NCBI GenBank assembly: GCA_022824265.1
Contig: JAJEAG010000059.1
Location: forward strand, 8,736 to 72,735
DNA length: 64,000 nucleotides
Direction of reading: 5' to 3'
Source: Candidatus Poribacteria bacterium
Lineage (GTDB): Bacteria; Poribacteria; WGA-4E; WGA-3G
In this document: piece after piece, positions 8,888 to 18,141 of the stretch
Numbering within the stretch: the stretch's first letter is position 1
Layout: each line of letters opens with the position of its first letter
Program-made: the position numbers and the translations under genes
Notes under the pieces: generated by a model
The model's database searches: none
The model's input: the letters and a program-made list of their open reading frames with translations, nothing else
Told to the model about the DNA's origin: nothing

Positions 8888-9745
8888 TTACTTTAATCTG
8901 GCACCGTTTGCATCCCACATTTCCTGTTCTGAATATAACTGAGGCGGTGTTATGGGTGTTAACGTCGGTTGCCAATCTGGTCGGTATTGTTGAACCAGTC
9001 GCACGGCATTTTGATAAGCAATCCGTTCCTTCGTTTCGTCGTCAAGGTTCGCTGATTCTATTTGCGATTGGACTAAGCGGAAATCGTAATACGGCAGGTC
9101 ACTACCGAACATAAGTCTCTCTTTACAGAGGTTATTCACAAGATGCACTAAGTCCCAACTTTCATCTCCAGGAGGCTTTTGTGCAATATCATACCAAATA
9201 TTCTCCTGCTTTGCACAATGTGCAATGGCATCAAGTTGTCCTGCTTTATTCATTGAAACATGTCCGATGATGAAAGTTATTGACGGAAATCTGTTCGCAT
9301 ACGCAGCGATATTTTGCGTTGAACCTGCCTGATGCAGTAGGCACAATCCGTTGTGCATTCCCACAACTTCAAGGAACGCATGTAATTCACCCCCAAGCGA
9401 ATGACCCGACAACGCAGGATGACATACAAATCCAACTAAACCGTCCTCCTGCATAGCTCTATCAAGTTCGTCAACACCTGCTTGTTCATGCCGAACTTCC
9501 ACAATTCCAAGTCCGATAGGGAAACGTTCTGGATACTTTCGGCAAGCATTTGCGATTGTCTCGTTCTGAGTCCTAGTGTCTAATACACCGCGCGCTTGAG
9601 GTCCACCAGCCGTAGGACACGGAATCGCACCGATAACGTCGGCAGAAGCCATCCGTGCCAAACACCTACCAACACTTTGTCCAATAACCGGGGCACGAGA
9701 TACTGTCATACCGATATGACAATGCACATCAAAATAGGGTCGCAT
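8888..9745 (-). CDS. amidohydrolase-2 family metal-dependent hydrolase (TIM barrel)
   Basis: MRPYFDVHCHIG N-terminal His motif and overall similarity to PF04909-type hydrolases. Confidence 0.75.
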   Translation of the reverse strand: MRPYFDVHCHIGMTVSRAPVIGQSVGRCLARMASADVIGAIPCPTAGGPQARGVLDTRTQNETIANACRKYPERFPIGLGIVEVRHEQAGVDELDRAMQEDGLVGFVCHPALSGHSLGGELHAFLEVVGMHNGLCLLHQAGSTQNIAAYANRFPSITFIIGHVSMNKAGQLDAIAHCAKQENIWYDIAQKPPGDESWDLVHLVNNLCKERLMFGSDLPYYDFRLVQSQIESANLDDETKERIAYQNAVRLVQQYRPDWQPTLTPITPPQLYSEQEMWDANGARLK

Positions 9746-9765
9746 AAGTACTCCTCTCTAAAACG

Positions 9766-10533
9766 TTAGAATTCCGGGACAGATTCATAAGTATTATACC
9801 CATCTGTTCTATCCACACCTTGCACAAGATAAATGTTGTGTGTTCGCCGCCAATTCGCACCGTGAAATTGCACATTTGCAGGCATGTAACGCATCGTATA
9901 ACCACACCGACGTTTTTGTGAGGCATTCGGACTGGAATTGTGAATTGTCCACGCATCGTGAAAATGACATTCACCCACCTCAAGTTCAAGGTTAACTGCC
10001 TTTGTCCCGTCCAAGTCTGCCTCTACAACTTCGCTTCCAAAGAGATTATTGTCCCGATCTACCTTTTCATAACGACGGTCGCGCAAATTGTGACTACCAG
10101 AAATAACACGCATGCACCCGTTTTCTATCTTGGATTCATCCACTGCTAACCACATTGTAATGACATGCATCGGTTCCAGCATTTTGCCCCAATAGACACC
10201 GTCCTGATGCCATGGTACCTCCATACCGTCCTTTTCGCGTTTGCTGATAAAGTGACTTGACCAAAGTACAATATCAGGTCCGATAAATCGCTCAATAACC
10301 TTCAACACATTTGGATGTGTGAGATATTTGAAAAGATATGGATGTTCAAAGTGTGGTACATCCATCTGTTCCGGACGTCTTCCTTCGGGTAAGTTTTCAA
10401 TCATTACATCAACATAATCACGAAGTTCATCTAACTCTGGTTCTGTGAAAATTCGTCCAAATGTGATATATCCATTTTCCTTGTAAAATTGTACCTGTTC
10501 CTCAGAGACTGTTGTTTGTGTTTCCCAACTCAT
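9766..10533 (-). CDS. phytanoyl-CoA dioxygenase (PhyH) family protein
   Basis: YKENGYI..., WHQDGVYWG, and an H-x-D...H Fe/2OG-like pattern. Confidence 0.8.
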   Translation of the reverse strand: MSWETQTTVSEEQVQFYKENGYITFGRIFTEPELDELRDYVDVMIENLPEGRRPEQMDVPHFEHPYLFKYLTHPNVLKVIERFIGPDIVLWSSHFISKREKDGMEVPWHQDGVYWGKMLEPMHVITMWLAVDESKIENGCMRVISGSHNLRDRRYEKVDRDNNLFGSEVVEADLDGTKAVNLELEVGECHFHDAWTIHNSSPNASQKRRCGYTMRYMPANVQFHGANWRRTHNIYLVQGVDRTDGYNTYESVPEF

Positions 10534-10686
10534 ATATCACCTGTTTTCATAGTATAATGCATAAATACACTTCAACAAATTATATCACATCAATGTTTTG
10601 TTGACTACAATCAATTCTATCCTACCAGAGTTATTTATTGCTTCACTTACTGATTCTGATGGGGTTCTATTTATTATACCATTTCT

Positions 10687-10837
10687 AAATAATAACTTCT
10701 CATTAACAAAGCACGCGTTCGTAGTCGCGCAATTCATTGCGCCTCTTACATTAAAGTCTCAAATGTCCTTTTATTGATTAGAATTGGTATTGCATCTATT
10801 ATATATTGTAGGTCGGAGCGAGCTTGCGACCTCCGAC
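10687..10837. repeat. composite intergenic repeat: ~66-bp element (aaataataacttctcattaacaaa..cgcgtt.gtagtcgcgcaattcattgcgcctcttacatt) plus REP-b (gtaggtcggagcgag..cgacct)
   Basis: Near-identical copies at 62618-62675 and 62764-62863. Contains the GTAG motif and palindrome gcgcaat/attgcgc. Confidence 0.55.
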
Positions 10838-10950
10838 ATGTTCTGTCAAAATCACAATAAACACATAACAAACCTTTTCCTTCTGTGTCTTCAGTACCTT
10901 CCGCGATACAGACAATCCGCGTTTCTGGCCACTGAAAACTGAAAACTACC

Positions 10951-11466
10951 CTGAACATACATGAAACATATTGTTCCAATCCACTCAAACCCTTCCATTC
11001 CACATCCACCACCTGTTATAATACTATCTATGAAAAACAAAAACCGAACATACCCACATTCACAACAAAAACCGACACCCGTCACCCAAAAAATGACCAA
11101 AATTCAGGAAATAAAAAACGCACCAAAAATGAAAAATTCAAAATTTCCAAAAACCCCTATAAACCCAGTCCCAGACTGGTAAAACCCCAAATATCAAAAC
11201 GCACCAATGTGCGAAAAACACCCGTTTTTAGTGCGTTTTTAAAAGGAGCAAAAACCGATGAATTTACAACAAAAACACAAACAATTCGCTGTCAGCCCCT
11301 TTAATCTCATTCTAATCGTAGGGGCGAGGTTACCTCGCCCGTCTAATCTGTATTTTCTCTTTATTCGGAATGGGGAACTCCTCCCTATGATTGGAATGTC
11401 CTGTGGGATCAACCCTTCTGCGTCTTCCGCGATTAAGACAGAAAAATCGGCAATTGAATGTCTCTG
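10951..11466. repeat. copy 1 of a ~0.5-0.6 kb duplicated, G-depleted non-coding module (second copy 63034-63646)
   Basis: Long stretches identical or near-identical to 63034-63646. Includes the hairpin aaaacgcac...gtgcgttttt and a conserved short-ORF start with a strong SD. The ORFs 10961..11182 and 11258..11467 are not conserved between the copies. Confidence 0.6.
11318..11341. repeat. REP-like element gtaggggcgaggttacctcgcccg (GTAGG + 6-bp stem around GGTTaCC), inserted within copy 1 of the module
   Basis: Same consensus as 62722-62745 (gtaggggcgaggtttcctcgcccg). Absent from the corresponding position in copy 2, where a different GTAGG element sits instead. Confidence 0.5.
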
Positions 11467-11484
11467 ATTTAATAAAACCTAATC

Positions 11485-11513
11485 TTGACAAAACGGGTTG
11501 TGTATGATAGACT
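11485..11513 (+). promoter_or_regulatory. candidate promoter for glycerate kinase (TTGACA-17 nt-TAGACT)
   Basis: ttgacaaaacgggttgtgtatgatagact ends 7 nt before ATG 11521. This argues against the track's 11485 start. Confidence 0.35.
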
Positions 11514-11520
11514 TGCGGTC

Positions 11521-12750
11521 ATGAAAATTGTTGTCGCACCAGATTCATTTAAAGGAAGCGTCACCGCATTACAAGCCGCGAATGCCATTGAACAAGGACT
11601 CCGCCGAGTATTTCCTGATGCTGATATAGATAAAATTCCGATGGCAGACGGCGGTGAAGGTACTGTGCAATCCCTTGTTGATGCCACTGGTGGTAACATT
11701 CAGACGCAACGCGTGCTTGGTCCGCTCGGAAACGAGGTGGATGCACAATTCGGAATCCTCGCAGATGAAGAGACAGCGGTGATTGAGATGGCATCTGCAT
11801 CGGGATTAACGCTTGTTGCAACAGATAAGCGAAATCCATTGCTAACCACAACCTACGGTACAGGACAACTTATTCGTACTGCATTAGAAAAAGGTTGCAG
11901 AAAGTTAATCATCGGAATTGGTGGGAGTGCAACAAATGATGGTGGGGCAGGCATGGCAGAAGCACTTGGTGTACAATTCCTTAAATCAGATGGAAATCCC
12001 ATTGCGCGAGGTGGAGGTGGACTGGGTGAGTTAGACTCAATAGATAACACGAATATACATCCAGCAATAGCGGAAACGGCAACAATTGTCGCTTGTGATG
12101 TCAATAATCCGTTGACCGGACCAGATGGGGCATCACATGTTTACGGACCGCAGAAAGGTGCAACCCCTGAGATGGTGACAACGCTTGACGCACATCTGGA
12201 ACATTATGGCAACGTTTTGAAGCAGACACTTAGGCAATCCTATAACGACATTCCCGGTGCAGGTGCTGCGGGTGGATTAGGTGCTGGTCTGATGGCATTT
12301 CTCAATGCAAAATTGCAACTCGGTGTTGACATTATGATTGATGCTGTTAATCTGAAGGATCGGATGAAAGGTGCTTCTCTTGTCTTCACTGGTGAAGGTC
12401 AATTAGATTTTCAAACGGCATTTGGCAAAACTCCTGTCGGTGTTGCAAAGGTAGCAAAAGAACACAATATCCCTGTGATAGCAATTGCTGGAGGTATTGG
12501 TGACGGGGCAGAAGCGGTATATAATGCCGGTATTGATGCGATGTTAGGCATTGTCCAAGCACCGATGTCGCTTGAGGATGCAGTTGAAGACGCGCTGCAA
12601 CTAATTACCGATACAGCTGAGCAAGCCGCACGATTGATTGCAGTTGGTCAACGTGAACCCTTTAGACGAAATTTGACCAAGTTAAAAGAAAAATGGGAAA
12701 GGCAGAAGACAAACGATGCTAACCCTCCCATTTCCCATTCTTCTAACTAA
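11521..12750 (+). CDS. glycerate kinase (GarK/GlxK family)
   Basis: MKIVVAPDSFKGS N-terminus and a GxGGSATNDGG-type motif (IGIGGSATNDGGAG). Confidence 0.85.
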   Translation: MKIVVAPDSFKGSVTALQAANAIEQGLRRVFPDADIDKIPMADGGEGTVQSLVDATGGNIQTQRVLGPLGNEVDAQFGILADEETAVIEMASASGLTLVATDKRNPLLTTTYGTGQLIRTALEKGCRKLIIGIGGSATNDGGAGMAEALGVQFLKSDGNPIARGGGGLGELDSIDNTNIHPAIAETATIVACDVNNPLTGPDGASHVYGPQKGATPEMVTTLDAHLEHYGNVLKQTLRQSYNDIPGAGAAGGLGAGLMAFLNAKLQLGVDIMIDAVNLKDRMKGASLVFTGEGQLDFQTAFGKTPVGVAKVAKEHNIPVIAIAGGIGDGAEAVYNAGIDAMLGIVQAPMSLEDAVEDALQLITDTAEQAARLIAVGQREPFRRNLTKLKEKWERQKTNDANPPISHSSN

Positions 12751-12925
12751 TAGTTATACCCAATTAACGAGATTTATCTTGTTATTCGACAGTAGATGCG
12801 GTTTCCTAACCAATGCAGAATGCCATAAGTGCATTCTGCCGAGACCAAAGAATTGTCAGTAGGAATGAGGTTTCCTTGTCCGTGCAAACAAGACAAATTA
12901 GGTTAATTTGGTATTACATTTGCAT

Positions 12926-12980
12926 GAGGATACGCTGCAACTGATTGCGGACACCGTTGAACAAGTTTCGCGATTCATCT
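12926..12980 (+). pseudogene. remnant duplicate of the glycerate kinase 3' end (~70% nt identity to 12586-12637)
   Basis: gaggatacgctgcaactgattgcggacaccgttgaacaag... aligns with gaagacgcgctgcaactaattaccgatacagctgagcaag... It translates to EDTLQLIADTVEQVSRFIS versus EDALQLITDTAEQAARLIA, and stops interrupt it upstream. Confidence 0.35.
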
Positions 12981-13006
12981 CTAACAAAGACTTGTTTACA
13001 ACATTT

Positions 13007-13071
13007 CTTATTAACGTTTAAGAGGGTAAACGTTAATAACGGGATTGCTTATTAACGTTTAAGAGGGTAAA
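13007..13071. repeat. two perfect 24-bp direct repeats (cttattaacgtttaagagggtaaa) 41 bp apart, upstream of fic; candidate operator
   Basis: Seen directly. The near-palindrome cgttaataacg lies between the repeats. Confidence 0.6.
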
Positions 13072-13102
13072 ATTAATAATCTAATTCTTTGTAATTAAGG
13101 TA

Positions 13103-14299
13103 ATGCGATCTGAAATGAACCAAGAAAACTTCAGAAATTCAAGTGCAGGTAGATGTATCCGAAGTATAGGCAGGCACCCATATTGGGCTTTTGTGCCGAA
13201 TCCGCTGCCTCCCAAAATCGAACTGGACTGGGAGTTGATAGACCTACTTTCCAAAGCAGATATCAGACTTGGAAAATTGTCTGGAGCCGGTCAACTACTT
13301 CCAAATCCTCACCTGTTGATCAGTCCGTTTATACGCAGGGAGGCAGTCATGAGTTCCAGAATTGAAAACACACAATCTGGGTTAAAGCAACTATTTTTGT
13401 TTGAGGCAGACCAAACAGAAACACCACGTATTCCCGATGTCCAAGAAGTTCGTAACTACGTTAATGCAATGGAATACGGAATCAAAAGGTTGAAAGACTT
13501 ACCGATGAGTGTAAGGCTTGTTTGTGAAATCCACGAAATACTAATGGAAGGTGTTCGGGGAGAAAATGCAACACCAGGGTTGATGCGGACAAAACAAAAC
13601 TGGATTGGTAAACCCAACTGTACTTTAATGGATGCCACTTATGTTCCTCCCCCAGTACCAGAAATGAGAGACTGCTTTTCTGAATTGGAGAAATATATTC
13701 ATTCCAACACAAAAGAACCAGCTTTGATTCAATGCGCGTTGATCCATTATCAATTTGAGGCTATTCACCCATTTGTTGATGGAAATGGAAGAATCGGCAG
13801 GCTTTTGATTACATTTATGTTAATAGAACGAGGGGTATTGTCACAACCGCTCCTGTATCTCTCTGATTATTTCGAACAACATAGAAATACCTATTATGAA
13901 TTGTTGTTGAATGTGAGTCAAAAAGGTGATTGGAAATCGTGGTTGAAGTTTTTTCTTGATGGTGTGTGTGAACAATCTGAAGATGCACTTTCAACAGTTC
14001 AAAAACTTCTTACATTGAAAGATGAATACACGGAGATTGCAAGGGAACCGAAGGTGTCAAAGACTGTAGCCCAACTAGTTGAGGTATTATTTGGAAAACC
14101 AATTGTATCAATATCAGAATTGATGAGAAGGTGGGATACATCGTTTCCTACGGTTAAACGGGGAGTGGATTATCTTGTTGATAGAGGAAAACTGACAGAA
14201 GTGACAGGAAAACAACGCAACCGTTTATATGCTGCAAATGAAATCCTTGACGTGATTATGACTGAAAGAACAGAAGCACTTAGTAACACAAAGGAATAG
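13103..14299 (+). CDS. Fic family protein (Fic_N + FIC domain, HPFVDGNGRIGR motif)
   Basis: Canonical HxFx(D/E)GNGRxxR motif and an N-terminal YWAFVPNPLPP Fic_N-like region. Confidence 0.85.
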   Translation: MRSEMNQENFRNSSAGRCIRSIGRHPYWAFVPNPLPPKIELDWELIDLLSKADIRLGKLSGAGQLLPNPHLLISPFIRREAVMSSRIENTQSGLKQLFLFEADQTETPRIPDVQEVRNYVNAMEYGIKRLKDLPMSVRLVCEIHEILMEGVRGENATPGLMRTKQNWIGKPNCTLMDATYVPPPVPEMRDCFSELEKYIHSNTKEPALIQCALIHYQFEAIHPFVDGNGRIGRLLITFMLIERGVLSQPLLYLSDYFEQHRNTYYELLLNVSQKGDWKSWLKFFLDGVCEQSEDALSTVQKLLTLKDEYTEIAREPKVSKTVAQLVEVLFGKPIVSISELMRRWDTSFPTVKRGVDYLVDRGKLTEVTGKQRNRLYAANEILDVIMTERTEALSNTKE

Positions 14300-14406
14300 C
14301 TCGATTTTACTAAAGTTGAGGTAAATCAACGCCAAATATCTGATGCACATTTGACGTTGATTTAGCCTAAAAATGTGAAATCCATATAGGATTTGACGGA
14401 GTATGC

Positions 14407-15744
14407 TTACTGCAACAATACTGGCACATCTTTCATAAAATCATCGGTCTCTGTCTGCCATCTATTTAGTTCAGTAGCCAACGATTTGACGCGTTCCGCG
14501 TGTTCCGGTTGTTCAGCAAGGTTGTTTGTTTCCCAAGGGTCATTCTCTAAATCAAACAATTGAAGGTAATTGGTGCCTTTACCAGTCTCTTCAGAGACAT
14601 AATAGCGGATAAGTTTCCATTTGCCATCACTCACAGTGCGATGAATGTCTTTATACGCAGCAAAAACCGTATCGCGAACCTTGTCAACACAACCTTCCAT
14701 CAGCGGAACTAAGCTGCAGCCTTCCACTGTATCCGGAATGTCAACGTTGGTAAGGTCACACACGGTGGGAAATACGTCGTAGAGATAGGTCAATGCATCG
14801 ACTGTCTGCCCTTCGGGGATTCCCGGTCCAGCAAATATTGACGGCACACGAATGCTGTGGTTATACAAATTCTGTTTTCCAAGTAACCCGTGTTGTCCAA
14901 CTGCGAGTCCGTGGTCTGCAGTGTAGATTACAATAGTGTTATCAAGATGCCCTTTTGCCTCTAATGTCTGTAGGACGCGACCCATTTCGGCATCCTGACT
15001 GGTAATCATACCGTAATAATCAGCAATATGTTGCTGGACAATCTCTGGAGTGCGTGGGAACGGTGCTAATACTTCATCTCGAATCCGCATCTCTCCATTG
15101 TCAAATGGGTGTTCGGCAACGAAGTTCTCCGGAACGGGAACATCTTCAGGTTTATACATCGTCGCATATTCACCTGGTGGAGTTCTTGGATCGTGCGGAG
15201 AAGTAAAGGAGAGATATACAAAAAATGGATCCGTTTGGTCATAGTTTTCTATAAAATCCACGGCGGAGTCTGTAAACAGTGTCGTAGAGAATTTATCTCC
15301 GATATACCTGTTATCTTTCGGATAAGCACCTGACGGATCATAATCGAAAATGGGCACTTTATATTGATTACCCATGCCACCGAAGAAAATAGTAGCACCA
15401 TCGTCAAAACTATTGGTAAACGTCTGTCTGTCATTGTGCCACTTACCGCTAAAAAATGTACTATATCCTGCATCACGCATGACCTGTGGCCAAACAGCCA
15501 AATCTCGGTTAAGTTGGTTGCCACCACTGCGGAATAGGTTAGCACTGGTAAGAACAGCAGCACGACTGGGTACACAGACAGCACCAACGAGAGAACCCAT
15601 GATATGAGTTTCTCGGAACGTCGTTCCACGTGCCATGAGTGAGTCCATCGTCGGTGTTTTCACCGTCGAGTCCCCATAACCTGCTATGGCATCCCAACGG
15701 TGGTCATCGGCAATCATAAAGAGTATATTAGGTTGTGAAGGCAT
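14407..15744 (-). CDS. sulfatase (formylglycine-dependent)
   Basis: PNILFMIADDHRWD and the CVPSRAAVLTS C-x-P-S-R signature. Confidence 0.9.
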   Translation of the reverse strand: MPSQPNILFMIADDHRWDAIAGYGDSTVKTPTMDSLMARGTTFRETHIMGSLVGAVCVPSRAAVLTSANLFRSGGNQLNRDLAVWPQVMRDAGYSTFFSGKWHNDRQTFTNSFDDGATIFFGGMGNQYKVPIFDYDPSGAYPKDNRYIGDKFSTTLFTDSAVDFIENYDQTDPFFVYLSFTSPHDPRTPPGEYATMYKPEDVPVPENFVAEHPFDNGEMRIRDEVLAPFPRTPEIVQQHIADYYGMITSQDAEMGRVLQTLEAKGHLDNTIVIYTADHGLAVGQHGLLGKQNLYNHSIRVPSIFAGPGIPEGQTVDALTYLYDVFPTVCDLTNVDIPDTVEGCSLVPLMEGCVDKVRDTVFAAYKDIHRTVSDGKWKLIRYYVSEETGKGTNYLQLFDLENDPWETNNLAEQPEHAERVKSLATELNRWQTETDDFMKDVPVLLQ

Positions 15745-15820
15745 GATGTCTCCTATAATGGTTGTAAGTTATCAGTTAAATATGAAAAGCGATGTTATAT
15801 AAACTTAAAAGGAAATTTCA

Positions 15821-16966
15821 ATGAAGATCGCAACTATTGAACAATTTTACCCACGTCGTCGGATGCGTCTCGTTAAGATTACAACAGACACCGGCATCGT
15901 CGGATGGGGTGAAACTACACTTGAAGGTAAACCGAAAAGCACATGGGCAGCAGTTGGAGAACTTGCGGACTATTTTATCGGTAAAGACCCGTTACGTATT
16001 GAACACCACTGGCAGCATGTCTACCGATCCGCCTTTTTCCGAGGTGGTAATATCTTGATGTCCGCCCTATCCGGAATTGATCAAGCACTCTGGGACATTG
16101 CTGGCAAATATCACGGTATACCGACCTACCAACTATTAGGCGGTGCCGTGCGGGACCGAATCCGTGTTTATGCTCATTGGGGCATCGGCAGTTTAACTGA
16201 CGAAGGAAAAGCCGCGGCAAAAGAACGACTTGATTTATTACTACAAAAAGGCGGTTATACAGCGTTTAAAAGTGGTCCCGGTGGCAAATGGCGCGGACAT
16301 GAACCTCCTTCGGTGATCGATGCTTTTGTTGAACGTGCCTATCTGATGCGTGAATGGGTCGGTCCCGATGTTGAACTTGCCTTCGATTTTCATGGGAAAA
16401 TGACACCTGCCCTCGCTATTGAAATTTGCCATGAAATTAAGGGGATGCGACCAATGTTTGTTGAGGAACCTGTACCACAAGAGAATGTTGATGCCTTAAA
16501 ATTAGTGTCCGACCATGTGCCGTTTCCAATTGCGACAGGTGAACGTTTGTTGACCCGATGGGGTTTCCGAGAGGTATTTGAGAAACAGGCTGTCGCGTAC
16601 CTACAACCCGACACCTCTCATGCTGGTGGTATTACAGAACTCAAGAAAATTGCTAACATGGCAGAGGTATATTACATGCATATTGCACCGCATTGTGCGA
16701 TTGGACCGGTTGCTTTCTCTGCCTCCCTTCATGTTGATGCTGTTGTTCCAAACTTCCTAATCCAAGAGCAGATTGATGACGGTTTAGGGGCAGGTCTGTT
16801 TACTGAAAATTGGCAAGTTACAGATGGACACATTGAATTGCCGACGAAACCGGGTCTCGGATTTGAGATTGATAAAAAAGAAGCAGAACAGACACTTGAC
16901 ACCTATCCCGAAGAACTTGGTGGTGAATACTATTACGAAACCGATGGTAGTGTAGCAGATTGGTAA
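15821..16966 (+). CDS. dgoD: D-galactonate dehydratase (enolase superfamily, MR/MLE family)
   Basis: MKIATIEQF...VGWGE...DYFIGKDP...ILMSALSGIDQALWDIAGK...YQLLGG closely matches the recalled DgoD N-terminal consensus. Confidence 0.8.
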   Translation: MKIATIEQFYPRRRMRLVKITTDTGIVGWGETTLEGKPKSTWAAVGELADYFIGKDPLRIEHHWQHVYRSAFFRGGNILMSALSGIDQALWDIAGKYHGIPTYQLLGGAVRDRIRVYAHWGIGSLTDEGKAAAKERLDLLLQKGGYTAFKSGPGGKWRGHEPPSVIDAFVERAYLMREWVGPDVELAFDFHGKMTPALAIEICHEIKGMRPMFVEEPVPQENVDALKLVSDHVPFPIATGERLLTRWGFREVFEKQAVAYLQPDTSHAGGITELKKIANMAEVYYMHIAPHCAIGPVAFSASLHVDAVVPNFLIQEQIDDGLGAGLFTENWQVTDGHIELPTKPGLGFEIDKKEAEQTLDTYPEELGGEYYYETDGSVADW

Positions 16967-17027
16967 TTGGCTGTCAGTTATCAGCTGTTAGCATTCAGCA
17001 GTAAACTATTCTTGATTCATACAACCA

Positions 17028-17774
17028 CTAAACCACCGGTTTACGGTGTGCAACGTAAGGAGGCTCTAACATCAACTTCTGATCTTCTTCAGTCATCAGA
17101 TTGCGGAGTGCATCGTCATATCTACCCTGTCCCCATGAAGCATGTCCCGGGGAATACTTGAATAGGATTGAACGACGTTCATGTGTAGCAGTCCAAGGCA
17201 AAGTCCCGTGTGTCAACGCCTCTGTAAAGATAACCGCGTCCCCTGCTTTCTGATGCACTGGAGTCATACAGGTTTTGTTTTCCACTACGGGGCGGAACTG
17301 TGGAGGACACGGATAATTGCTTTTATGACTACCCGGAATACAGCAGAAACCACCATGTTCCGGCAGCATATCTGTCAATGCCCATGAAACTACGGTCAAA
17401 CCGTTATACATCCGATCATTTCTAAACACATAATATTGTGATGGATCGTAAGGTGTACCACCACCGTGAAGTGTACCTCCCGGATTTCCTTCTATCATCA
17501 AAATACCGTAGACATGATCAAGCCGAAATTTCGGACCGACGATCTCTGCTAAGCACGGCATAATACGCGGGTGATTGAGAAGTGTCCGAAAAGCATCGTC
17601 TTCCCAACTTAGGAAACCGCCAAATCGTTGTGAATGGATGTTATCATCCGCAGGATCAGGATAGTCCTGTGCATCAATCAATGCGTTCAGTTGTGCAAGT
17701 TCATCTTCACCTAAAACGCCTTCTAAATTAACATATCCCCATAAGTCAAACAGATATTTTTCTTCAGCGTTCAT
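17028..17774 (-). CDS. phytanoyl-CoA dioxygenase (PhyH) family protein
   Basis: PhyH-like N-terminus (KYLFDLWGYV) and a HGG...H pattern. Confidence 0.75.
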   Translation of the reverse strand: MNAEEKYLFDLWGYVNLEGVLGEDELAQLNALIDAQDYPDPADDNIHSQRFGGFLSWEDDAFRTLLNHPRIMPCLAEIVGPKFRLDHVYGILMIEGNPGGTLHGGGTPYDPSQYYVFRNDRMYNGLTVVSWALTDMLPEHGGFCCIPGSHKSNYPCPPQFRPVVENKTCMTPVHQKAGDAVIFTEALTHGTLPWTATHERRSILFKYSPGHASWGQGRYDDALRNLMTEEDQKLMLEPPYVAHRKPVV

Positions 17775-17793
17775 ACAGACATCTCCGTTGCTC

Positions 17794-18117
17794 TTATTGA
17801 TGTGGTGAGCGCGAGGTCGGCTCCAGTCGTGTTACAACGATTTTAGATCTATCAATGAGTTCACCGACGCGCGCTGAAATTTCGTTGACCCATCGGTCAT
17901 CTTCGTAAACCGCTGCGTAGAGTTGTTCTCGTTGTTCCTCACTTTCAAACCTTCTAATCCAGACGTATAGGTCATCCTCCTCTTCACCGATAAAACTACC
18001 GATGACGACCATGCCTTTAGAAATCTGGAATGGGATAACCGTTTCTTCCATGTATTTGACCCAGTTTTCGTGTTGACCAGGCTGGGTTCGATATTGACGT
18101 AATTCAAAAAATGCCAT
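17794..18117 (-). CDS. NIPSNAP family protein
   Basis: 107-aa protein MAFFELRQYRTQPG...WVKYMEE... matching the NIPSNAP (dimeric alpha/beta barrel) signature. Confidence 0.7.
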   Translation of the reverse strand: MAFFELRQYRTQPGQHENWVKYMEETVIPFQISKGMVVIGSFIGEEEDDLYVWIRRFESEEQREQLYAAVYEDDRWVNEISARVGELIDRSKIVVTRLEPTSRSPHQ

Positions 18118-18141
18118 AAAATCTCCTTGTTAATATTCTAA

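Noticed and set aside
10961-11182. 73-aa P/K-rich ORF within the G-depleted repeat module
   Set aside because: The reading frame is not conserved in the second copy of the module (stop after 19 codons at 63061ff), so the conserved nucleotides are probably non-coding.
11485-11520. Upstream ATG start (11485) for glycerate kinase given in the ORF track
   Set aside because: It would overlap a TTGACA-17-TAGACT promoter. The conserved MKIVVAPDSFKGS N-terminus begins at 11521.
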